Source: an uncultured Candidatus Poseidoniales archaeon
GTDB taxonomy: Archaea; Thermoplasmatota; Poseidoniia; Poseidoniales; Thalassarchaeaceae
Length of the DNA stretch: 64,000 bases
Assembly (NCBI GenBank): GCA_963934165.1
Contig: CAWVXH010000003.1
Coordinates: 43,102 to 107,101, forward strand
Direction: 5' to 3'
Part shown: positions 9,026 through 18,808 of the stretch, piece by piece
Numbering within the stretch: the first letter of the stretch is position 1
Layout of the letters: each line of letters begins with the position of its first letter
Notes under the pieces: model-generated
The model's database searches: none
What the model was told of the DNA's origin: nothing
The model's input: only the letters and a program-made list of their open reading frames with translations
Made by a program: the position numbers and the translations under genes

Positions 9026-11287
9026 ATGATTCTCGAGTCCGGTGCGAAAGCAAAAACTGTCAAGAAATATCTTGGAAAAGGTTGGTTGGTAGAAGCATGT
9101 AATGGTCATGTTCAAGATTTACCATCTAAGGGGAATAAAGATAGTTCAAAAGCGATGTGGGCATCTAAATCCGACCAACTTCCTGAACCACCATGGAGTT
9201 GGACATCAAGAGCAGAAAAGAAAATGTCATCGATTTTAAAGAAAGCAAGAACCTCGAATGTGGATGGAATCTATATTGCAACAGACCCAGACAGAGAAGG
9301 TGAATTTATTGCATGGCGATTGAGCATTATTTTTTCAGAATTTGAAAATCAAAGGCGCGTGACCTTCAACGAGATTACTAAAAAATCAATTTTTGAAGCG
9401 ATTGAAAAATCTGATGAGATTAATGAATCGTTAGTGGATGCTGCAAAAGTTCGACGATTTATGGATAGATTGGTTGGGTATAGGTGTTCAAAATTTGCGA
9501 GATCTTGGAAATTGGCATCAATGGGCAGAGTTCAAACACCTACATTAGGATTCATTGTCGAAAAAGAATTGGAACGAGAGGCTCATATCCCTATTAGCTA
9601 TCACAGCGTTACAGTAAATGTTGACAATGTAAAATTCAAGGCACGATTCCACGAAAAAAACGAACCAGAGTCTTGGGTTGATGGAAAAGGAAAACATCAC
9701 CCTGACCGAACTTTTGACTTAAACCTTGCAAATGATGCATTGGCCGCTCTCCAATCTAATGAAGAATTAATCATTTCTTCAATAAAAGAAGGGCAAACCC
9801 GTAGAAAACCAAAACCCCCATTCACCACAGACACACTATTACAATCTGCAAATTCATCTCTGGGATGGTCGGTTGCCAAAACAAGTCAACTCGCTGGAAA
9901 ATTGTATCAATCAGGGCATATCACTTACATCCGCACCGATTCTACAAGAACAAATTTAGATGCAAGAAACACTATTCGTACTTTCTTACTAAGTGAATAT
10001 GGAGAAAATCACCTAGGTGAAGGTGTAGTGGGGCCTGATGCAAAACAAAATACTACAAATGTTCAAGATGCTCACGAAGCGATTAGACCTACTCGGCCGG
10101 AAATAAAGGAAATTGAAGGGGTTGAAAAAGACGAGAATCGATTATATTCATTAATCTGGGCCAGATTCGCTGCTAGCCAAATGTCGGATTCGATAAGAGA
10201 AAGAAGGGATCTCGTTGCCACTTCTGAAGGATTTAAGAATTCATATTACGGCACTGCATCCTGGAGAATTCATCCGGGCTGGGAAGCTGTATTTTCCAAA
10301 TTTCAAGATAAAATAATTACTCAACCACCCAAATCCCCCTTGGCCGAAGGAGAAAAATGGGGAATTACATGCGATAAAGAAAATCCGATTTTAATCAGTG
10401 ATGAAACAAAACCACCTCGCAGATTTTCTGAAAGTTCAATTGTTCAAGAAATGAAAAAAGCAGGAATCGGACGACCATCAACTTATGTCACAACAATAAA
10501 TCGTCTAAATACCAGGAAATATGTGACTATTGAAAATGGCTCATTGACCCCTACCGAAAATGGCCGATTACTTTGGCTGGAAATAGTGCCGTTTTATAAT
10601 AATCAAAACGAGAAAAATGGTTTATTTAATTCTGATTTTACTGCAAAAATGGAATCAGATTTAGATGAAATTGAAAATCAATCTCAAACTGGACCTGACG
10701 TTTGGCATACCTTCGTAGAAGAATTTCGCGATATGCATAATGTAGCTCTTGAAGAAAAAAGAAAAAAACCAACCAAAAGACAATTGGAATATCTTGAAAA
10801 CCGTGTTAGAAACATGGATTCAGTTCAGATACATGAATTGTTGAATGGAATAAAAATTGATAAATTATCTGGCGAAGAGATGAGAGAAATTCTCGAGAAA
10901 TTAAATGAAGAAGCAGATAAGTGGGGTGAAATGCCTGCTAGTGAAAAACAGATGAATTTGATTTACAAACTTGCAGATCAATTATCTTTGAGCATATCAG
11001 AAATTTTAAAAATTGTTGAACAGGATGACGTAGAGAAATTAACCGGTGGAAAAAATGGGACGGCAAGCACAATAATTTCTGAATTAATTGAAAGGAGTAA
11101 ATTACTCCCGGCAACTGAACCTCAAGTGAAATTAGTAAAAAAAATAGCTGAACGATCAGAAACCCCATTAAGTGATTTATTAGCCATAGCAGATATTGTA
11201 GACCTCTCAGAAATGACAAAAAGTGACGCAAGTCTTATTATTAACAAAACTATGAAAAAGAGTAAAAAAAGAAAGTCTAAGAAATGA
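9026..11287 (+). CDS. topA: DNA topoisomerase I (type IA) with C-terminal triple helical repeat and Lys-rich tail
   Basis: Toprim (ILESGAKAK..., ATDPDREGE), active-site region GHITYIRTDS, RPSTY. ATG at 9026 (the ORF-track start at 9017 is TTG). Confidence 0.9.
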   Translation: MILESGAKAKTVKKYLGKGWLVEACNGHVQDLPSKGNKDSSKAMWASKSDQLPEPPWSWTSRAEKKMSSILKKARTSNVDGIYIATDPDREGEFIAWRLSIIFSEFENQRRVTFNEITKKSIFEAIEKSDEINESLVDAAKVRRFMDRLVGYRCSKFARSWKLASMGRVQTPTLGFIVEKELEREAHIPISYHSVTVNVDNVKFKARFHEKNEPESWVDGKGKHHPDRTFDLNLANDALAALQSNEELIISSIKEGQTRRKPKPPFTTDTLLQSANSSLGWSVAKTSQLAGKLYQSGHITYIRTDSTRTNLDARNTIRTFLLSEYGENHLGEGVVGPDAKQNTTNVQDAHEAIRPTRPEIKEIEGVEKDENRLYSLIWARFAASQMSDSIRERRDLVATSEGFKNSYYGTASWRIHPGWEAVFSKFQDKIITQPPKSPLAEGEKWGITCDKENPILISDETKPPRRFSESSIVQEMKKAGIGRPSTYVTTINRLNTRKYVTIENGSLTPTENGRLLWLEIVPFYNNQNEKNGLFNSDFTAKMESDLDEIENQSQTGPDVWHTFVEEFRDMHNVALEEKRKKPTKRQLEYLENRVRNMDSVQIHELLNGIKIDKLSGEEMREILEKLNEEADKWGEMPASEKQMNLIYKLADQLSLSISEILKIVEQDDVEKLTGGKNGTASTIISELIERSKLLPATEPQVKLVKKIAERSETPLSDLLAIADIVDLSEMTKSDASLIINKTMKKSKKRKSKK

Positions 11288-11344
11288 ATCTAAAACTTTT
11301 CGTAATTAGAAGAATCCAATAAGGAACGCCTTCTGAACTGTGAT

Positions 11345-12553
11345 GTGACGAACATTGACTATGATGTGATTATAGTTGGTGCTGGCCCTATTGGGGGATA
11401 TCTAGCTAGTAAATTAGCCGAGAGAGAAATTAGTGTATTAATGCTTGAAGAACATAGTCAAATTGGTAGACCATTTCAATGTGCAGGTTTAGTAAATCCC
11501 CAAGCAATGGAAGCTGTCAATTTGCATCACACAGTATTATCTTCAATCTGGGGTGCTCGATTATACAGTCCATCAGGTATATCAGTAGAAATTGGAAACC
11601 CTAACCAAGTTCGAACTTGGTCCGTTTGTAGAAAATTATTTGATGAAGCGATTGTGGAAAAAGCCCTAAACAGAGGTTGCCACATATTGCTTGAAAGTTC
11701 GCCAACAAATGCAATTAATAAAGGGGATTTTGTTGAGTTAGAGTATATGGTGAAAGGAAAATTAAAGACAGTAAATACCAAACTAATCTGTGGTGCAGAT
11801 GGGGCTCATTCGTGGGTTAGACGATTTTTTAAAATGGGAAGACCAAAGGAATTAATGGTCGGATTTCAAATTGAAGTTACGGGTTATAATGGTAAAGAAG
11901 GAGTTTTGGATATGTATACCGGATCTGAAATATCGCCTGGATTCTTTGCTTGGGCTATTCCAACCGGAGACACATCTCGAATAGGCATGTGGTCAAAAGG
12001 GGAAATGCTGAATGGTGAATCTTGTGAATATTACCTGAATTCACTGATGAAATCTGATAAGTGGTCTGAAAAATTTAAAAATTGCTCTGAAATTGGGAGA
12101 TTTGTAGGTCCAATACCGGCAGGTATGCTAAAAAATGTCACATCAGATAGAGTCGTTTTATTTGGTGATGCAGCGGGATTATGCAAACCAACAACAGGCG
12201 GCGGGATTGGGCAAGGTTTCAAACAAATAGAATTAATTATTGATCAATTAAGTGAATTAATACATAATAATGAAATTGATGCTAGAAATTTGAAATTGAT
12301 AAATGAAAAATTCGAACCACTCAGGAAGGATCAACGGCGAGCAAGGGCTTTGAGAGACGCCTTTCTGACTAATTCATCTGATGATGAATTAGATGAGATT
12401 TTTTCAATTTGGTCGAAACCAGAGGTTATTGATTTAATTAATGAAGTTGGAGATATTGAAAATCCAATAACACTTGGTTTGAAAATGGTTCGAGAAATTC
12501 CTGAATTTCGAAAAGTAGCTAGTAAAGCCATGAAAGCACTTTTTTGGGGGTAA
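11345..12553 (+). CDS. Geranylgeranyl reductase family FAD-dependent oxidoreductase (archaeal lipid/prenyl saturation)
   Basis: YDVIIVGAGPIGG dinucleotide fold, GADGAHSWVRR, LFGDAAGLCKPTTGGGI; GTG start. Confidence 0.8.
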   Translation: MTNIDYDVIIVGAGPIGGYLASKLAEREISVLMLEEHSQIGRPFQCAGLVNPQAMEAVNLHHTVLSSIWGARLYSPSGISVEIGNPNQVRTWSVCRKLFDEAIVEKALNRGCHILLESSPTNAINKGDFVELEYMVKGKLKTVNTKLICGADGAHSWVRRFFKMGRPKELMVGFQIEVTGYNGKEGVLDMYTGSEISPGFFAWAIPTGDTSRIGMWSKGEMLNGESCEYYLNSLMKSDKWSEKFKNCSEIGRFVGPIPAGMLKNVTSDRVVLFGDAAGLCKPTTGGGIGQGFKQIELIIDQLSELIHNNEIDARNLKLINEKFEPLRKDQRRARALRDAFLTNSSDDELDEIFSIWSKPEVIDLINEVGDIENPITLGLKMVREIPEFRKVASKAMKALFWG

Positions 12554-12557
12554 ATAA

Positions 12558-13643
12558 ATGCATAAATCAATACAAAGAATCAGGTATCCTCCATTCGAAC
12601 ACAAACACATTAATCCCAATGAAATTAATTTGATTGAAATCATTCTTGAATCGGAAAACCCTCCGCCACCGCCATTCAAAATTGGCAATGATAATAATTG
12701 GATTGTGGAGTGGCGAAAAATCACTGAGGAGGACAGGCTTAATTCAATATTTTCAATTGTATCTTCCAAAACTCCTTCATTCCTTCTTCGTACTAGAAAC
12801 GGATGGTATATTGACCCTGACCCATTACATAAGCAAGCAAGAAAAATGATTACACCGGCAGTTCTCATCCTAATGATTTCATTCCTATTGAGGGCTTTAG
12901 CACCATCATTGGAGAAAATAAAATATCTAGATGGATTCGTAGAAATATTTTGGAGTTCATTCAAATTAGGGCCATTAAATTATCCTGCCTTTTTGCTAAT
13001 TGCATTTCCAATCTTTATTTCTCCGATATACCTTAGAATAATTGCAAACCTAAGAGATTTTTCTAGGCAAAAAAAATATTATTCTAACCCCCTTAAGCCC
13101 CCGGAATTTGACATACAAATTGATCAAAATATCGTGACTCTGAAGAATTTTAAAATAGAGGAGGGGGTAATAATTAATAGAGCTAAATTACAAGTTGGAA
13201 TACCAGTACCTGAACGTCGTAGCGTTCTGGAAGCCCTCAATAAAACTGAAAATGATCAAACCGCACCAGGGATGTCAACAAAATTACCTGCTAGGCGTAT
13301 TACGACCTCAGAGGAACATGGAACGGGGGTCGGTGAAACTACACCTATGATATTGTCCAATCGAAGAGTATTGATGTTAGAACCTATGAGAGTTATGGCA
13401 TCGGGGCAATGGGAAAATTATAATTCTAAAATAATTGAACTACCTAGTATCAAGGAAACTTGGCCAGGTTCGATATATTCGTCATTAATTGCAATTCATT
13501 GGGAAATTATTCTAGAATGTGTTAGGAATAATGGTGTAAAAATGAAATGGGTATCTCCAATAAAAATTGAACATACACATCATAAAATCCATATTGAAAA
13601 TCTTCCAGTCAGAAGTGGAAGAATTGAATTAGCAGATGATTAG
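12558..13643 (+). CDS. Hypothetical membrane protein (2-3 TM, beta-rich C-terminal domain)
   Basis: Long ORF starting 4 nt after the geranylgeranyl reductase stop. Hydrophobic segments ITPAVLILMISFLL and PAFLLIAFPIFISPIYL. Confidence 0.5.
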   Translation: MHKSIQRIRYPPFEHKHINPNEINLIEIILESENPPPPPFKIGNDNNWIVEWRKITEEDRLNSIFSIVSSKTPSFLLRTRNGWYIDPDPLHKQARKMITPAVLILMISFLLRALAPSLEKIKYLDGFVEIFWSSFKLGPLNYPAFLLIAFPIFISPIYLRIIANLRDFSRQKKYYSNPLKPPEFDIQIDQNIVTLKNFKIEEGVIINRAKLQVGIPVPERRSVLEALNKTENDQTAPGMSTKLPARRITTSEEHGTGVGETTPMILSNRRVLMLEPMRVMASGQWENYNSKIIELPSIKETWPGSIYSSLIAIHWEIILECVRNNGVKMKWVSPIKIEHTHHKIHIENLPVRSGRIELADD

Positions 13644-14806
13644 AATTGTTGTGGAATCGGTGAATAAGAATTCATAGTAGTCACAACAGTTGTTGACAAA
13701 AAATTGTAATCTGAATCTCTTTTCTGAGGTGTAAATCCCGCACGAATAATTGAATTTTGAATTTCACCTTCTAATGCTTCGGTTTTTTTGGTACCAGACG
13801 CCGACACAACGTTCTCTTCCATCATTGTAGACCCTGCATCATCAGCTCCTGCTAACATAGCTAACTGCGCCACACCCAAACCCATCGTTGGCCAAGATGC
13901 TTGGATATGATCAATATTATCAAAAAATAAACGAGAAACTGCAATATGGCGTAAATATTCCTGTGCAGTTGCACCCAATTCGATGCGATTTGCACCACGA
14001 TTTCTTCGTCCAAAACTATTATTTTCCAACTGGACGGGCCAAGCAATAAAAGATGTAAAACCACTCTTTTCATTTTGTATAGCTTTGTCCTGCAGCATTC
14101 GTATTTGCTCCATATGCATCACACGATCCAAATTAGTTTCTCCAAATCCAAAAACATTTGTTGCAGATGTAGTTAATCCGAGATTTTGGGCCTCCTCCAT
14201 CACTTTCAACCAATTGCTACCAGATCCTTTCTTTGGTGAAATATCATTTCGTATGGCATCAACTAAAATTTCAGCTCCACCCCCAGGTAAACCATGCATT
14301 CCTGCTTTAGCTAATTTCTTCAGAACATTCAATGTAGACAAATTACAAACTTCTGCAATTCCTTCAATTTCAATAGGAGAAAAACAATCTAAAGCAATAC
14401 TTGGATGATTCTCTCTTAAATATTTAATTAGGTCTAAATACCAATCTAATGAAAGTTCAGGATTCACTCCCCCTTGCATCAATATTCTTGTGCCACCAAT
14501 TTTTTCTAACTCAGAAATTCTAGTTGATATTTCTTCATATGATTGAGTGTAGGCGTCTTTGTGCCCCGGGGGCCTATAGAAAGAACAAAATTGGCAATTT
14601 ATTGTACAGGCATTAGTATAATTGATATTTCGATCCACCAAATAAGTAATTTTGTTATCTGGGTTGATTAATTTCCTAACCTCTAATGAGGTATACATTA
14701 AATCGTTTAAATCACATTTATCGTATAGCAATGTGGCCTCATCCACACTTAATCGATATCGAAAATTCAAAAGTTTTTTCTCTAAAATACTAGTTACATC
14801 AGACAA
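13640..14806 (-). CDS. Radical SAM enzyme of the MqnC/MqnE (futalosine menaquinone pathway) / CofH family
   Basis: NINYTNACTINCQFCSFYR (CxxxCxxC), GGTRILMQGG, GLPGGGAEIL, IQASW motifs. Confidence 0.75.
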   Translation of the reverse strand: MSDVTSILEKKLLNFRYRLSVDEATLLYDKCDLNDLMYTSLEVRKLINPDNKITYLVDRNINYTNACTINCQFCSFYRPPGHKDAYTQSYEEISTRISELEKIGGTRILMQGGVNPELSLDWYLDLIKYLRENHPSIALDCFSPIEIEGIAEVCNLSTLNVLKKLAKAGMHGLPGGGAEILVDAIRNDISPKKGSGSNWLKVMEEAQNLGLTTSATNVFGFGETNLDRVMHMEQIRMLQDKAIQNEKSGFTSFIAWPVQLENNSFGRRNRGANRIELGATAQEYLRHIAVSRLFFDNIDHIQASWPTMGLGVAQLAMLAGADDAGSTMMEENVVSASGTKKTEALEGEIQNSIIRAGFTPQKRDSDYNFLSTTVVTTMNSYSPIPQQF

Positions 14807-14817
14807 AAATATACCCC

Positions 14818-16113
14818 TTAATTACCAACAATGTTTTCAATTTCTTCGGGAGTTTTTGGGCAGTTTTTCGTTAATACAATAGGACCCGTTTTTGTAATCA
14901 ATATATCATCTTCTATTCGAACAGCAATTTTAGAATATTTTGGGGGGAAAGTAACATCACTTCGCCATGAGCCAAAGTATAATCCGGGTTCGACAGTTAG
15001 TACCATTCCAGCCTGTAATTCAGGCCCAGGGTCATTACCACGACCCCCGCCAACATCATGAACATCGAGGCCTAGAAAATGTCCCGTACCATGCATGAAG
15101 AATTTTCTGAATTCGCCATCACGTTTCTTTCCTATCGCTTCCTCGAATGAACAATCTAGAATTCCTAAATCTATCAGGCCTCGGGCTATCACATTTGATG
15201 CTGCCTCATGCATCGATTCCCACGGATTTCCTACTTGACAGGCAGCAATTGTCGCTTCTTGAGCACTGAGGACAAGATCATAAATTTCCTTCTGAGGTTC
15301 GGTGAATTTTCCATTAACAGGCCAAGTTCTAGTGATATCTGAGGCATAGCCCTCAATTTCACATCCAGCATCGACTAAAACCAAATCCCCATCTTCAATA
15401 AGACAATTATTTTGTGTATAATGCAGAATTGTTCCATTGTCACCACCACCAACAATCGAAGGGTAACTCCATTGACTACCTTTGGAAATAAAATACCCTT
15501 CAATTACTGCCTGTAATTCGAATTCATTTATGCCACTATATGATGCTTGCATTGCTAAAACATGAGCATTAGATGCCAATTCGGCTGATTTTTTCATCAT
15601 ATTTATTTCCAAATCAGATTTAAATACTCTCATTTCATTCAAAATTGAGGAGGGGTCAGTTAGGGAAGTTGTCAATGCTCGATTGATTAAATTATCAACT
15701 TCGCTAGATAAATTTTGGATTAAATGTACTTGCTCACAATCCTCGAGAAATCCTTCTAATTTTGGAATCAAATCGTTAAGAGAATAAGCTTCATCAATAG
15801 GCCATTCTGATACTGCTCTTTCAGTACCAATACGTCTACCCTCCCAAATCTCCTTCGTTACATCTTTCGGTTGAATAAAAAGAGATGTTATCCAATTCCC
15901 GTCAATATATTGAGCTGTTAATACGGCTCCCTCGGAATTCCATCCAGAAAGATACATTTGGTAAGAATTGGCTCTGTATGGATAATGTACATCATTAGAT
16001 CTAATCGCCGATGGATTTGCAGGAATTATTAATAATGTATCTTTTGGGAGTTTAGAGTAAAAATTTCTTTGTCTCTGAATATACTCCGAGATTGGAAATG
16101 CTAATTTCGCCAT
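14818..16113 (-). CDS. pepP: Xaa-Pro aminopeptidase (M24B)
   Basis: AMP_N-like N-terminus; DAGCE..YASDITRT, HGTGHFLGLDVHD, VLTVEPGLY and IRIEDD metal-ligand motifs. Confidence 0.85.
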   Translation of the reverse strand: MAKLAFPISEYIQRQRNFYSKLPKDTLLIIPANPSAIRSNDVHYPYRANSYQMYLSGWNSEGAVLTAQYIDGNWITSLFIQPKDVTKEIWEGRRIGTERAVSEWPIDEAYSLNDLIPKLEGFLEDCEQVHLIQNLSSEVDNLINRALTTSLTDPSSILNEMRVFKSDLEINMMKKSAELASNAHVLAMQASYSGINEFELQAVIEGYFISKGSQWSYPSIVGGGDNGTILHYTQNNCLIEDGDLVLVDAGCEIEGYASDITRTWPVNGKFTEPQKEIYDLVLSAQEATIAACQVGNPWESMHEAASNVIARGLIDLGILDCSFEEAIGKKRDGEFRKFFMHGTGHFLGLDVHDVGGGRGNDPGPELQAGMVLTVEPGLYFGSWRSDVTFPPKYSKIAVRIEDDILITKTGPIVLTKNCPKTPEEIENIVGN

Positions 16114-16175
16114 TAGGTCACCAATCTTCCGAAAATGATTGGACTTATATCACTGTGCATTAGAGAGATTGATAA

Positions 16176-17621
16176 TTATTTTTTAACATCCCATTTCGGA
16201 ATTGATTGGGTATTTTTATTCCTATAGAATATTGAGGAAATTAAAAAGCCAAATGCTAATATTAATACTACAATTTGATATGGGAATTGTTTAGTAGCAT
16301 TCGGATGAATTAATTTCACATTGATTGAATCAAACTCACCATTATCATCCATCACGTCTAATCTTAATATTAAATGGTCATTTGATGAATCCGGCCAAGT
16401 CAAAATACGTTCACAACCCTCATAGACAGGTATGTCATCGATAGACCAGCTACACCTTAATTTAGAAATGTCATTACTTGTATCATATTCATTGGCATCT
16501 AAGTACCATTTCTCAGAATCTGTTAACTTAATTTCCATACCATCAATAATTGGTTCAGAATCAATTGTTAGATTAGCAATTGGTGGTATGTTTTCGATTG
16601 AAAAAGTTTGTTGAACAGAAACCATTTGACCGCCGGCATCAATAACCAATAGATTCAATTGGTAAATTCCAGATTGAGATAAATCGATTGTTAGAGAATC
16701 AAATTTCAATCCTTCTGCCACCACGATATTACCATCTGAATCAGATAGAGACCAGATATAATAAAGATCGAAGTCACTCCAATAGGGTTCAACGAAATCT
16801 GATGTAATTAACCCAAAGCCATCGGATTCTATGATATTAGACATGGATATTATGGAGCCAATTGGCACCATATTATTCATTTTAACTGGGGTACATAATA
16901 ATATTTCTAACTCTTCACCTTCTTCATCGGAAATGAAAAATATTAGATCATGCCATCCTTCAAGATTGGTTGAAACATCAATGACATCTGAAAATTCACC
17001 ACTCGAATTATCAGGAAATATTACAAAATCTACTGTATCATCGAATTCTAAACAAGATTGCCCGATATTGTTTATTCGATTTATTTTTCCGTATAATTTT
17101 TCTTGATTTTGATAAAGATTACCAACCCAACCTTCAATGAGCATTTCGTTACTAATCCAATCTGAATCGGAGGGTGAATCGAGAGTTATGCCCATGTGTG
17201 GGTTTACTTCATTCGCAACAAAAAATACAATCGATGAAGATGTTTCGTAATTATTGTCATCCGAGACTGTAATCGAAAAATAACATGCGCAAGATGAATA
17301 ATGGGATGAATTTAATTGAACATCCCACAAATACGTACCTTGTGCCGAAATAACGCCTATATCAAAATTAATATCACCACCATCAACAACCAAACCATCC
17401 GACCGATAAATAGACCAAGATATTTGTAAATTCAACTCTGGAGAGAGGGGGGAAACGGTCCCGGAGAAAGCAAAATCACCATCGGCAACATATCCATTCT
17501 CAGCATCAATCCCAATCGAAAGCGTTTCAAAAGTAACTGAATCTTGTGCATGAGTAGTCGAAATACCGAACAATGATATCGAAAATAACAACACAGAAGC
17601 CATTATCACCTTGCTCTGCAT
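16176..17621 (-). CDS. Surface protein: signal peptide, PKD/Ig-like beta domains, C-terminal TM anchor
   Basis: N-terminal MASVLLFSISLFGISTTHA; PKD-like GIYQLNLLVIDAGGQ...NIPPIA; C-terminal IVVLILAFGFLISSIFY followed by basic residues. Confidence 0.6.
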   Translation of the reverse strand: MQSKVIMASVLLFSISLFGISTTHAQDSVTFETLSIGIDAENGYVADGDFAFSGTVSPLSPELNLQISWSIYRSDGLVVDGGDINFDIGVISAQGTYLWDVQLNSSHYSSCACYFSITVSDDNNYETSSSIVFFVANEVNPHMGITLDSPSDSDWISNEMLIEGWVGNLYQNQEKLYGKINRINNIGQSCLEFDDTVDFVIFPDNSSGEFSDVIDVSTNLEGWHDLIFFISDEEGEELEILLCTPVKMNNMVPIGSIISMSNIIESDGFGLITSDFVEPYWSDFDLYYIWSLSDSDGNIVVAEGLKFDSLTIDLSQSGIYQLNLLVIDAGGQMVSVQQTFSIENIPPIANLTIDSEPIIDGMEIKLTDSEKWYLDANEYDTSNDISKLRCSWSIDDIPVYEGCERILTWPDSSNDHLILRLDVMDDNGEFDSINVKLIHPNATKQFPYQIVVLILAFGFLISSIFYRNKNTQSIPKWDVKK

Positions 17622-17674
17622 ATAATTATCGAAAGACCTCGGATTATTGAACCCAATCGTTTCCTGATATTAAT

Positions 17675-18730
17675 TCAACGTTCAGAGATTTGTAATTGCC
17701 AAGATAAATCATCAAGCCAGAGGCTTAATTCATTCCTATCTACAAATTCATGGCTGGCTTCAGCGGATAAGACACAATCACACGCTGCAGAAACTAAAGC
17801 CACCGCATCAGTCATAGAATATTGATGTCCCAAAGCTGCTGCAAGCGCAGTTGCAGCAGCGTCGTGTAAACCGATTTGTTGAGTAGGAGTTTGAGCATTA
17901 CATTCGTGATGTTCTACATCCCCATTGGATTGGTATAATGTCACACCATTTACACCACCTAAAATCACCAAAGAATTCCACTCATATTCGTCGATTAAGT
18001 GCTTAGCAGTCAAGGAACTATCTTCAAGCATTAATCGTCGTCTCAGTAATTCAAGACCTCTAATTTCGAATAATACTACCGTTGCACCACGACTACGCTC
18101 AAGGCCAGTTAATTTCGGATCTACAATAGAAGGTATTTCATGTTCTTTAGCTGAATTAATCAAAATCTGAGCACCTTCATCAGACAAAACTCCCTTATCA
18201 TAATCAGAGATCACTAAGGCACAAGAATTTGGTATAGAAGTTAAGGCAGAATCAACTAATGAAGAGCTAATTGATTTATCTAAATCATCAAGAGGACCTC
18301 TATCCGCTTGTAATAATATCTGTTCTTGATCTAACAAACTTTGTCGACTACCATAAAATCTTATTTTCGTTAAAGTCTTTACTCCATGGATTGATTCAAT
18401 ACCTGAAATATCTATCCCATCCTCATTGAGTAGAGACTTTATTGTCTGACCTTCTGAGTCTCCACCAACGCATGAATAAAACGCAACAGATAAACCAAGT
18501 GAATGAAGTCCTCTAGCAATATGTGCTGCAGCTCCGGGTGATTCTTCTGAACTAGTAATTTTCAAAACAGGGACTGGGGCAGTAGAATTCAAATTATTCG
18601 CGTAACCATGGTGATATCGATCCAACATTACATCGCCGATTAAAGTCACTCTAGATGATTCCATAGAATCCAAAAGGGTTCTGAGGTTTTTTAATCGATT
18701 AACTCTTTCTTGACGCTCTTCGTCTATCAT
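17675..18730 (-). CDS. PfkB-family sugar kinase, RfaE/HldE domain-I-like
   Basis: VTLIGDVMLDRY..G......APVPVL......ESPGAAAHIARGL resembles the HldE kinase domain. The internal Met at 18730 is chosen to avoid overlap with endA. Confidence 0.65.
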   Translation of the reverse strand: MIDEERQERVNRLKNLRTLLDSMESSRVTLIGDVMLDRYHHGYANNLNSTAPVPVLKITSSEESPGAAAHIARGLHSLGLSVAFYSCVGGDSEGQTIKSLLNEDGIDISGIESIHGVKTLTKIRFYGSRQSLLDQEQILLQADRGPLDDLDKSISSSLVDSALTSIPNSCALVISDYDKGVLSDEGAQILINSAKEHEIPSIVDPKLTGLERSRGATVVLFEIRGLELLRRRLMLEDSSLTAKHLIDEYEWNSLVILGGVNGVTLYQSNGDVEHHECNAQTPTQQIGLHDAAATALAAALGHQYSMTDAVALVSAACDCVLSAEASHEFVDRNELSLWLDDLSWQLQISER

Positions 18731-18808
18731 ACAAAGACTGCGTGTAGCATCCCATGAATGATATTTTTGGAACCGACTAGATGAAAAAAGGAATGCTTTA
18801 GTGAGACT

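Noticed and set aside
12434-12964. 176-aa minus-strand ORF spanning the GGR/hypothetical gene junction
   Set aside because: It is antisense to two well-supported plus-strand genes, low-complexity and Cys/Ile/Phe/Asn-rich, typical of antisense frames in AT-rich DNA.
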